A DNA stretch of 64,000 bases, from contig CDROCS010000840.1 of the NCBI GenBank assembly GCA_977020255.1, positions 496,001 through 560,000 on the forward strand, written 5' to 3'. Position 1 is the first letter of the stretch, and each line of letters opens with the position of its first letter. Below the pieces are notes generated by a model. That model did not search any database. It had not been told where the DNA came from and was given only the letters and a program-made list of their open reading frames with translations. Shown one piece after another: positions 23,170 to 34,200 of this stretch. The position numbers were made by a program, and so were the translations under genes. Source of the DNA: Obrimoposthia wandeli. Its lineage: Eukaryota.

Positions 23170-23973
23170 TTAATGTAGTTTCTCGTTGCAGAAAATACAG
23201 AGGTCGACCTTGGAACCACTGAAAATGATATTGTTCGTCGCTGGGTTCAGTTGTAATGGCAAGCTTCTTGTTAATATATAAACTTTGAGCATTTGCATTA
23301 ATTCTTTCACTTCTTCTTCACTTACGTTTACGATTTCACAAATATGATCAAGAATAAGTGAGTGCGTATAATCATCTTGTTGATCTTCAAATATAAAATT
23401 ACTCTTCCCATAAATTTCATTTAGTGTGCCAAAAAGACGGGCAATTGTTTCTAATTCTAAGGAAATATTTTCCAAATTAATTTTGCATTTACCAACAATC
23501 TCTGAGTTTGGATATCTTTCCATTATCTCGGTGATTTCAGCATACGTTTCCTCAAATGAATCATTAAACTGTGATAATATTTCAAACAATTTTTCCAAAA
23601 TGTCATTGAAGTTTTTAATTCCGAACCGTAGTTCAACATCCCTAACAACCAGAAGACTCGAGTAGACTTGTAGAGCTTCTGCTAGACAAGCCAGCAACTC
23701 TTTGATACCTTTATTCGACTCAGTGATTAGTTCATGGCATTTAGCTTCTTTTTTCTCTTCTAGTAAGATGAACAAGCTAATTTTGCGTCGCTTTACATTC
23801 TCAGTCTCGAAGACGTATTCCAAAACTGTTCGGCAATATGGACAAGTGTTGGCTTTGACCAACCATGTGACTATGCACAGTTTGTGGAAGCGGTGGCTAC
23901 AGCTCGTGTCATAGTAATCTTCTGTCTCAATAGGCTCAATACAAATACTGCAATCATCTTTTGTCGTATCCAT
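23170..23973 (-). CDS. Intronless RING-H2 finger protein (putative E3 ligase) with helical C-terminal region
   Basis: MDTTKDD-CSICIE...CSHRFHKLCIVTWL..ANTCPYCR (C3H2C3); intact ORF of about 267 aa from the second Met. Confidence 0.85.
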   Translation of the reverse strand: MDTTKDDCSICIEPIETEDYYDTSCSHRFHKLCIVTWLVKANTCPYCRTVLEYVFETENVKRRKISLFILLEEKKEAKCHELITESNKGIKELLACLAEALQVYSSLLVVRDVELRFGIKNFNDILEKLFEILSQFNDSFEETYAEITEIMERYPNSEIVGKCKINLENISLELETIARLFGTLNEIYGKSNFIFEDQQDDYTHSLILDHICEIVNVSEEEVKELMQMLKVYILTRSLPLQLNPATNNIIFSGSKVDLCIFCNEKLH

Positions 23974-24897
23974 AATTTGTGATTTAGGCTTATGAAAAAT
24001 ACAACACAAATAAAATTGCAGGAAAATAATATTGAAAATGTTATTAATTATAATTTATTCTATTGGTCAAATTGAAATTTCATGTAATAGATATATTGCA
24101 TTGTATAAAATGTAGACTTCTAACTTCTATTTGAATGTGCTACTCATTTTTGTTCTGATATTAAGTTCTTCTCATAAAAGGTTGACAATGAGGTTCTCCG
24201 ATTTTGAGTCGTATTTTTTATTTAATTAATATTAGGATTTGTATCAAGAAGCAATCGGAAGAGACCATTAAATCAAACTCATCCACAGTGTAGAAATAGC
24301 TACGCAAAAATGCAATTATAATGGAATATAATGATCAAATTTGTAAATTGTAGAAAAAAGCCTTTATCAATAAAATATAAAAGCGCTAAATATCTGTGGC
24401 TTCTTGCTTTTGAAACTACTGACATTCACTTTAAAAATTCAGTTGCGATCAAAAGGTTTATCCAGGAGGAAAGAGAAAGCAAATGTTGTATTCACACATT
24501 AAAATAATAAAAAGTCTACGAAATATAAATTGAAATAAAAGCTTTAAATTATTATTTTAAAATACATTTTATAAAAATTTGTTTGAAGAATTACCATAAG
24601 TTTTCGATAATAATTATATCTATGAAGGTCACTTGCTTAATTTATACCACAGTTTTCTATATAATCAATTGTTTTATCTGCTCTGTGAACCGGAGCTCCA
24701 TCTTGATTAAAATTCAAGTTGTAATTTAATAACATTGCTTTAACTTTATTGATATATGCTCTGATGGACATTTAATCAACGAGTAATGTCAATCATAATT
24801 TGACAACCACAAAAAATTATTGATATTGAATGTTTCGCGGGTTTTGTATATATATATAAATCGTTACCCTTCGTTTTTCTAAATTCTTTTCGACGTG

Positions 24898-24913
24898 AGT
24901 AGGTGGATGTGTG
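24898..24913 (+). repeat. Polinton terminus-like 16-mer
   Basis: AGTAGGTGGATGTGTG matches the reverse complement of element A's terminus (AGTAGGTAGATGTGTG) at 15/16 positions, ~1 kb upstream of family B copy 2. Confidence 0.5.
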
Positions 24914-26339
24914 CCGAGACATACATACACGTTTCAACTGCACAAGAGCAGTTTACTGATGGCAGATAATGCAGTGGTCAAGGTAGCGAAATTGGAAGAT
25001 TAAGCGAGTAGGATACTTGAATTCCATCAAGAGTGAGTTCGAGCAGGTGCCTACGATTCTTATCCTGTCATTTAGGTTCGCTTCTGAAATCCCAAATTGT
25101 CCTAGCTTTTACCTACTGTAGCATACCACCGCCACTAAATCATTATATATGACTAATAATTTTATATTAAAATTATAATTGTTTTCTTAAACTTAGCGCC
25201 TCTTCTACACTCATCGCAAAAACTATTCCAATCCCATTTTACACCTATTAAAACTGAATATCTCATAGTGCACTCATAGGGCTCAAATACCCGAGAGGAC
25301 ATCTAAGGGCCAATGAGGACTCTTTGAGCGGAGCGATATATTTAAAGGGTCGCAAAAATTCTTATCTGAATATGTACAAGTGTTAGTTCAACCTTAAAGT
25401 TATAAAGTAAAGATAATCGTACGCAAAACTTTGTTTCATGAGAGATGAAACGCATTCATTTTTATCAGTTATATTTTTATGCTAATTAAAAGTTGAAATA
25501 ATTTTCTTTTCTTGATTTACTTTGGATCGTTTTCGAAAAACAACACAAATTTTTACAGAGGTAACTTTCAAAATTTAAAAATAAAATCTTTTTATTTTCC
25601 AAAGGCGTTTAAAAACTTTGCTGTTCTATCCATGAAGGAATTTCAGGTAATAAAATGTATTTACTGGTCCAAGAAATAAACCATGCTAACTATTTTATTT
25701 TCAGTAAAGTTTTCCTTTATGTAAAATATTATTCATATTTCCAAATCCAATGAAAATTGCTATGTCGGATTTCACATGCGCTTAATTCCATTTCCCACTA
25801 CAGTCATCGAAGTGTGTGCTTCCGTTTGATGGACTGTTGAGGAACCTGGCATATTGACTCTGATTAATGCACATGCGTTATCTTTAGGAGAGAAAAGGAG
25901 AAGAAATGATGCACTCCATGCATTGGTTTCCAGTTATGTTAAGAAATATATGCAATGTGTTAATATGGGAGACAAACTAAACCATCTACAGATATTTGCT
26001 AACTTACTTAATGATAATATTTAAATATAATTTTATTTGTTAATTTTTAAATTTTTTGATCGGTATATAAGTTGATGATTTTATAAAAAATTTATGGTAA
26101 AATTAAACCTGATCATAAAATATAAAAATTCATTAAAAAATTTAGCGAATTCACGTGGTAAAATTAATAAAAGAAACATTATTTTCAATCAAAATGGATT
26201 CATAATGGCCATACTTCCCGTTACAGCATCTTTAATTGGTGGTCTTATAAGTTCAAGAAGTTAAAACTATGCAACAATGCAATTTTATTATATTTCTTAA
26301 TAAAACTAATAACATTATATTAAGCCTATTCATCACTAA

Positions 26340-26680
26340 AAAAATTTAAAAATAATAACAATAATAACAATAATAAAATATATAATTATATAATAACATT
26401 GTGTTAGAATCAGCATACAAAGTAACATTAATAAAGAAAGAGAAACTTACATTAAATGTTGACTTATTATGTAAAGTAGATGCTCCAGATGTACCTGGGA
26501 CCATTATTGTTGATGTTGATGTAGTTAACTGAGTTACATCAGGAATCATTACCGCGGCTGCTAGTCTAAAACAATATTAAATATAATTAATTTTTTTAAT
26601 TACTTTTTATGTTTCTTACTCTGCATATGAGCATCCATTGAATATTTATTCATTGATCCTGTTTGGCATATTTTACATTT
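26340..26680 (-). CDS. Small spliced C2H2 (matrin/U1-like) zinc-finger gene inside family B, antisense between pX and integrase
   Basis: KCKICQTGSMNKYSMDAHMQSKKHK (C-x2-C-x12-H-x5-H) joins in frame, via a 38-nt GT-AG intron (26566-26603), to LAAAVMIPDVTQLTTSTSTIMVPG...STFN/GTAAGT. Start exon unclear. Confidence 0.55.
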
Positions 26681-29600
26681 TAATATAAATATAAATAATA
26701 ATTAAAAAAAACTCACGTATTCATTTGTAATCTTGATTTATTAAAATTTATTTTAAAAAAAACGAAATAGTAAATTAAATTTAATTGAAAATTCCAATTT
26801 AAAATAAATATTATGTCATTTTAATTATTAATAATAATATAATATCTCAAATACTACAATTAAAATAAATTGTACCTATTTAAATTATGTTAGTTGCATC
26901 AATAACAAAAAATTATAATAATATCAAATAATTACATTCTTTAGTTATATATATATGCATAAAATCAAATTAAAATATATTTAACTTTTATAAAAAATGG
27001 GAATAAACAATACAAAATTGTCTAATTTATTTATAAATTTCAATTCTTCATGCTGTAATGGTATACAGGGTTAGAAAAATTGACAAAAAAAGTCAAACAA
27101 TCAAAAACAAACACACAAAAATGGTTAAGAAATGAATTATCATATAGTCTGAATAAACCTTTAAGGCGTAAATTCCCTACTATATCATATAAAACTAATG
27201 GTATTAATTTGTTATAGCTGATGGATTTAATGGAAATGGTATTACTTCAGTAAATGAAGGATTTAATAATATTTTAACTTGTATTGATGTATTTAGTCGT
27301 TTTGCAAGGGCAGTTGGAGTTAAATCAAAATCAGGTATTGATTTATTACATTCAATAGAATCTTTATTCGTTGATGATGTACCAGTAAATATCCAAACTG
27401 ATGAAGGTAAAGAATATTTTAATTCACATGTAAAGAAATTATTCAAAACTGAAAATATTAATCATTATTCAGTATATTCTCAATATAAAGCTGCAATAGT
27501 TAAAATATTTAATAGAACGTTAAGAAAACGGCTAAAGAAATAGTTTACTAAGCAAAGTAATAAGAAATGGGTGTATGTAATACCAAAAATTATTTATGCT
27601 TATAATAATTCTAAACATAGAGGTTTAGATGATTTAGATGTAAATAATAAAAATGCATTTGAAATTTGGTTGAAACAAAATCCATAAGAAAAGAAAGTTA
27701 AATCTAAAATTTATGATTATGTTTGAATATCCAAAATAAGTACAAGTCCATTTATCAAAAAATTTAATCAAAATTGGAGTGATGAAGTTTTTCAAATTCA
27801 TAATATTAATTATAAACAAAATCCAATAATATATATTTTAAAAGATATTGATAACGTCATCATCAAAGGAAAATTTTATAAACAAGAGTTACAATTAATT
27901 GATAAATCTAAACTATATCGAATACAAGAAATTTTAGAAACTAAATGTCGTGGTAAGAATAAACAATATTACGTAAAGAGGCATGGATACTCTGAACCTT
28001 CTTGGATATTTGCTTTTCAAATTGAATAATGTCAAAATATATTAATTTATCTAGTAACAGTTGTCCGACAACTCAACCTAGCACTACAGCCAATCAATTT
28101 ATTGTAGATTGGGAAAACTCTCTAAATTTAGATGGTGAATGTTGTGGAAATTCGAAACTTTAGAAGAATCAAAAATTATAGGTTTTAATGAAATACAAAA
28201 AATGTCTAGTCATATGATGAAATTGTTGGCATAAATAAAAATATTCATGCTAAAATGAGAATTACAATTTATTCTTTAGCTGAATATGAATACGAAGTAA
28301 AATTTGATCAAAATTATTTGATACAAGATAGTTCTTCATTATGTAATATTATAGCCAGTAAATGCAAAGAGGTTTTAAAATCTGTATTATAGATTCAAAT
28401 GGATTATTTGATATTGTAATAAAGAAAAATGTAAAATCAGTTTTATTTGACGAAAAACTAGCTTCTTTATTAGGTTTAAATAATGTTTTCTTTGAGAAAC
28501 GAATTAAAGGTTTTCAAGAACCAAAACTTTCTAGTTCATATAATCAAATGTATATTTATACTAGTTTAACAGATTCTGTCTTAGTAGGATCTGATTATGT
28601 TCCACTGTTAAAGTCTATTGGGTTAAAATTATTAAAATAACGATATGGAGATGTAGTACATGTTAAAATTATAATTACGTAAAGTATAAACAAGATAAAT
28701 ATATTTAAAATATAAAAATGAATACATTAATTATAAAATTTTATAGCAAAAGTTAACAGGGCGGCGAACTTCCTTATTTCATTGTTAAACAATATGGCTC
28801 TGGTTGGTTACAAACTATTTCTAGATTTGCTATTCCATTCATTAAAAATGTTGGTTTAGCAGCTGCTAATGTATTTGGCGAAACGGCATGAACTGCGTTA
28901 ACAAATCCAAAAAACTTAATTTCATCTCTCAAAGAACATACAGTCAAAGAAGTCAAAACTTTGATTCCAAAATTAAAAAATAATGTTGTTGAGAGTTTAA
29001 ATAAAGTCACAAATTGTGTTGAACAAAATGGAAAGGGTCTTAAACGTAAAAGAAATAATTTAAATAGTATAAACAAACGTCTTAAAGGTACTTTTTTCCA
29101 AAATTTCTAGTGTAAAATCTGAATTGTGTATTTTTGATAGACCATTACCTCAAGTAGTGATTGAAAATTCAAGTTTTGAAGAAATATTTCCAATCAATTC
29201 AATTACTGAAAATTTAAATGACATAGAATTTAATATTCATGCATCTGAAGAAGATTATCTGGATTTGAATGATACTTTGATAAATATTAAATTAAAAATT
29301 GTAAATGAAGTTGGTACTGATTTAATGAAAGATAGCGATGTAACTCCATAGAATTACATGTTTCAAACTCTGTTTAGAGATGTTATTCTAACATTTAATA
29401 ATGTAAAGATTGAAGGAGGTAATGAATCGTATACTCATACGGCTATATTCGATACTCTTTTGAATTTTAGTAGTGATACCAAGTATACTAACCTTGAATG
29501 CCCTGGGTATGATGATGATGCAGAAATTCGTAAACAATGGATTAGTGAATCTAAAATATTTTCATTGTAAAATTCAATTTGATTAGATTTCTTTGATCAA

Positions 29601-30534
29601 CCAAAATATTTAATTTTATGGATTTATATTCATTTGAGATTTATGAGAAATCAGCATAATTTTTCGCTCTATTCAGAAACTTCAAAACCAATTCTTAAAA
29701 TTCTAGATGTCAGATTGTATGTTAGACGAGTTAAAGTTGATGCTTCAATAATGATTGGACATCAGTTAGGTTTGCAAAGTCAGAATGCAGTTTACCCAGT
29801 TAGAAAAACTCAGCTAGTAACATATTGAATTCCTCAGGGTTCTTTGGAACTTAATAAAGATTAAATATTTGAAGATTATAGTTTACCAAAGTTCATATTG
29901 ATTGCTTTCAAAGCTATACTTCAGAGTGGTAAGGAATATAAAGTTACATCTTCTACGTTAAATACATTTAATACATTTAAGGTTTCAACAATATGTTAGG
30001 TTTAAGAATTAGGAAATTAAAATAATTAGTCGATTAAATACTAAAATAAAAATCCTTGAAAGCAAGGTTGAAAATTAAATAAAATATTAATTTTAGATTC
30101 AAAATTAAAATTAGTGGAAGTTAGGATAAAAATTAGGAGGACCACGAAGGTCGTGTATAGTGTAGGATATATAAGTTTAGAGTTAATTAACCAAAAGTGC
30201 AAAAAGCAAAAGGGAACAATTTGGAAATAAAGAAAATTACGAACGTCAATCAAAGAAACGGTAAGCACATTTTCGTGCAGTAAGTTAATCGATTTATTTT
30301 AGCTCTTGATATATTTCAGCTGTCCAATATTGCTGACTGACAGCCCATAATCCCGTAAAAACAGGAATTATTTCAGCTGTCAACATTACTGATTGACAGC
30401 CAGAGATTACAGAAATCAACTATAAAAGTCGCTACCAAACCAATTACAGGGACACAACAGACAAAATAGAACCAGCAGAAAAGCCAGTAAGTCAAGTTGG
30501 TGAATTAAATTGAATTAAATTAATTTAGAATTGT

Positions 30535-30887
30535 CGAGAAAGTTGAAAAGTGTCTAAAGTAAAAGCCAAATTGCCGAGAAAGTTATTCCACATTTGAAAG
30601 TCTAAAGTTGAAAAGTGTCTAAAGTAAAAGCCAAATTGCCGAGAAAGTTATTCCACATTTGAAAAGTCTAAAGTTGAAAAGTGTCTAAAGTAAAAGCCAA
30701 ATTGCCGAGAAAGTTATTCCACATTTGAAAAGTCTAAAGTTGAAAAGTGTCTAAAGTAAAAGCCAAATTGCCGAGAAAGTTATTCCACATTTGAAAAGTC
30801 TAAAGTTGAAAAGTGTCTAAAGTAAAAGCCAAATTGCCGAGAAAGTTATTCCACATTTGAAAAGTCTAAAGTTGAAAAGTGTCTAAA
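30535..30887. repeat. 66-bp tandem repeat, about 5.3 copies
   Basis: Unit AAGTTGAAAAGTGTCTAAAGTAAAAGCCAAATTGCCGAGAAAGTTATTCCACATTTGAAAAGTCTA; period 66 (e.g. 30601 and 30667). Confidence 0.95.
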
Positions 30888-31014
30888 GATTGAATCAGTA
30901 TCCAAATTTGAAAAGCTCGAAAGAAGTTGCAGTTGATTGAAGACGATCGTATCCAGACTCACCAGTACTACAGGAATCTCGAGTAACATAGGTAAGAACA
31001 CCGACTAGAGCATT

Positions 31015-31448
31015 CATTGCCCCTAGTTGACAATTAGGATACATTCATTGCCCCTTGTTGGCAATTCGAAATTGTAACATATTTTAAACATATTCATTGT
31101 CCCTAGCTGACAATTAGGATTTGCCTCTTTAACCAAATCATTGTCCCTAGTTGACAATTAGGATTGTCCATCATATTCATTGTCCCCAGTTGACAATTAG
31201 GAGTTGTACGAGTTTTTCCCATAAGATTCATTGTCCCTAGCTGACAATTCGGTCCACTCATTGTCCCTAGTTGACAATTCGGAACAAACACTCATTGTCC
31301 CTAGTTGACAATTCGGTACACTCATTGTCCCTAGTTGACAATTCGGAACAAATACTCATTGTCCTAGTTGACAATTCGAAGCAAGTTTTCATTGTCATCG
31401 TTGACAATTAGGTTTTTAGGAGAATCATTGTCCACAGTGGACAATTCG
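31015..31448. repeat. Array of 12 palindromic 20-21 bp units separated by variable spacers
   Basis: CATTGTCCCTAGTTGACAATT units start at 31015, 31046, 31095, 31139, 31178, 31229, 31259, 31293, 31323, 31357, 31390 and 31426. Confidence 0.92.
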
Positions 31449-32049
31449 GGGTCGAATACACAACAGATAGAGTTACCGATTCAAGAAACTTTATCCACAC
31501 ATAAGAAGTTAAGTCGAAGAAATTTAAGAGAGTTGCGTTATAGATTAACCAACCTAGGAAGAAGAATAACTCTAAAATCTCGATCACCCGAGCGTAAAAT
31601 CGATACGTGGTTCATCCCCACTTGTTGTAGAGACTTACAGAAGTCTTAGGAATTTTACCATACTTTTTAGAAAATACGTACATAAACGTATTGTTGTGTT
31701 TAGTTTCGTGAATTACCAATAAACAATTTCCTACATTAGAACAAGTTGTTTTTGCACCCTTCAGAATAAGAGACATCAAATCAAATACCTTCAGATAGTA
31801 CAAGAGATAGGCAACCATAACACTAAGTAGGCCACGACCAACTTTAAGACCTGCTTCTATTCGAACTCACGTTGGGGCCCTCCGCACATAAGAGGATCTG
31901 TACCAAGTTTCGTATAGAAACCCCAACAAATATAATTAATTAGAAATACAGATTATGGAGAGACTTATAATCTAAATAATTAAAAAAATTCATGTTTAGC
32001 AAATGTTTATAACGAATAAAAATAAAAAACATTAATAATTATTTTTTAA

Positions 32050-34200
32050 ATAATAAAGTACTCTATATTCATTTTTTCGTTAAGATTGGTACATATTTTC
32101 AATTCTCCTATTCTTGCTTCTTTTAATTGGGTCAATTTTAACAAGCACCTTTTCATTTACTTCAAATATCTTTTCCCCTCTTCTTTTATTATCTAACTTC
32201 TTTAACTTTTCTGCTGCGATTTGTTGGTACTTCCTTACGTCTTGAATGATATTTTCTTTATTGTTTGTTGCTGCATTTGATGCTTGAATTGTTATTTTTC
32301 TTCCATAAATGACCTTAGACGGTGAATGTTTTGAAGAACTATTTACTGTTGCATTTATAATAAATTCAATTTGTGGCAATAAATCGGGCCAACATTTCCC
32401 TGCTTTAATAGACGCTATTGTCTTTACACTCATATCTCTTACCGTACATATAACTCTTTATGATAGAGCGGTAGCTTGGTGTTGATAATGAGCTATAAGC
32501 CACTTGGCTCAATACTACCCTAATCGCACCAAAGCTTGCTTCTGTATTAATTTTAAATTTTCTAATTTGTTGGGAAAATCTAATATGACAGCGGTTGTTA
32601 ATTTTTCTTTCAGGAGTGCAAAACATGTTTTACAATCCGGTGATCATTGTATTGACTTATTATGTCCGGGCCCGCTGCATATAGTGGAGCTACAATATTT
32701 GCATAATCTTTAAAAAATCGTCGATAATAGTTTGTGATTCCTAAAAATGATGTTAGTTTTTCGCTACAAGCTGGTTATTTGGAATTTATAATTTTGTTGA
32801 CTTTTGACTGATTTGTATGTATTCCGCTTTCTGTTATGGTATGATGTAGGAATTTTAAATGTTTCTGGCCAATGTAGCATTTATTAGGGTTTATTTTGAG
32901 GTCTGTCACTGCAATTCTTTTGAATACCTATCTTAATCTTTTATAATGTTCTTCTTAGTTGTTACTATAAACAAGGATATCATCCTGATATACACTTGTT
33001 CCTTTGAACAACAAACAATCCAATATTTTGTGCATCAAACTCTGGAATGTGGCCGGTGCTGTAGCCAACCCAAATGGCATGCGATTGAAACAAAATTGTC
33101 TCAATTTTGTACTGAAAGCCGTTTGTGCCTAAGACTCATTCTAAACTTTTTCCTTTCCATTCAATAACAATTTAGTATTAATTTAGTACTTAATTTAGTA
33201 TCTAAAGGCTGTTGATGATTATTCGAAAAACTCCACTCAGATTTAAATTATTCTTTCTCATCCTACTTTCTTCCAACAATCCTTATTCATTACAGTAACT
33301 GATGCTCCGGAGTCGTACAGCATTTCCACATTTACATCATGAATATTCATTATACTCCATTCACGACCATCATTCTTCAAATACATCTTTTCATGCCACT
33401 TTGGTTCTGTATGCTCGATCCAACTGACGAAATGTGAGCAATAGAATCGTTCACGTTTCCCTGATTAACATCATGTCGTCATTATGACAATCTTCTAAAT
33501 CAACATTTTCCCCACTTCTTCTGTTATACAAAGTACTCTTGAAGTTTTGTGGGTTTTTAAAATATGGCAGCTGTTGAAATTGTGACCTTCTTTCCCCAAA
33601 TCAAACATTTGGGATTCAGAGGACATTGATTTCGGAAATTATCTTTTTCACCACAACAAAAACATGCTCCTGGCTGAAGTTATTCACTTTTTGTGACAGG
33701 CAGTCCTTGGCTAAGTTATATTTTCTTTTAGTTATTTGTTTTAAGGATAACTCTTGGCATTGGTCTCCTATTATTTTGGGCGTCTCTATTTATGTATATT
33801 TTTTCTTCACTAACATAATTTCTTTGTTCCTGATGTACTGATACTGGGTGTTTCATCGTGTTGTTTGAGAAATGACGGTTGTATTCTCTTTTTTACTGTA
33901 TTTGCATATCTTTTCTGAATTTGTGCAATTACCGTATTCTTTTCTCGATTTGGCTGTACACCTTTGCAAAACGCCTCTAGTTCTTCTTTTGGAATCAGTG
34001 GATATAATAACAAATCCTTCAATTTTTCACTTCTTACTCTATCTTAAATGAAAGCGTCAGTCAGCTCATCTTTGCTAACATTATTTTCCATCATAGTCTC
34101 AACGAGCTTTTTCTCTCTAATGCTGAACGCTAAGAAACGCTCGCCGTCTGTCTTTGTTATTCATTTAATACTCCGCAGTAAGTTCAGCTTGAGTTGATGT
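32050..34200 (-). mobile_element. Decayed, internally deleted Ty3/Gypsy retrotransposon
   Basis: CCHC-like knuckle remnant (~33600), protease YDSGASVTV (~33310), RT RMPFGLATAPATFQ...VYQDDILV (~32960-33080), FLGITNYYRRF, and integrase end WPDLLPQIEFIINATVNSSSKHSP (32080-32433). Confidence 0.85.

Larger units (their letters stand above)
29994..31928. mobile_element. Solo-LTR-like insertion, 1935 bp, TG...CA ends, 4-bp TSD AATA
   Basis: Empty site in copy 1 is CAAC-AATA-TAATTAATT. Copy 2 has AATA (29990-29993) TGTTAGGTTT...AAACCCCAACA AATA (31929-31932). No coding domain seen. Confidence 0.85.
25908..31995 (+). mobile_element. Decayed Polinton family B fragment, copy 2 (duplicate of 10465-14450), interrupted by an insertion at 29994
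   Basis: Near-identical to copy 1 (several ORF-track peptides identical, shared stops). Homology resumes at 31929 after the insertion and ends near 31995. Confidence 0.9.

Noticed and set aside
31103-31291. Repeat protein (PNCQLGTM)n
   Set aside because: Antisense translation of the palindrome array; most unit periods are not multiples of three.
31015-31448. CRISPR array
   Set aside because: Spacer lengths vary several-fold, two spacer pairs are duplicated, there are no cas genes, and the context is a eukaryotic LTR-like insertion. Kept as a palindrome array instead.
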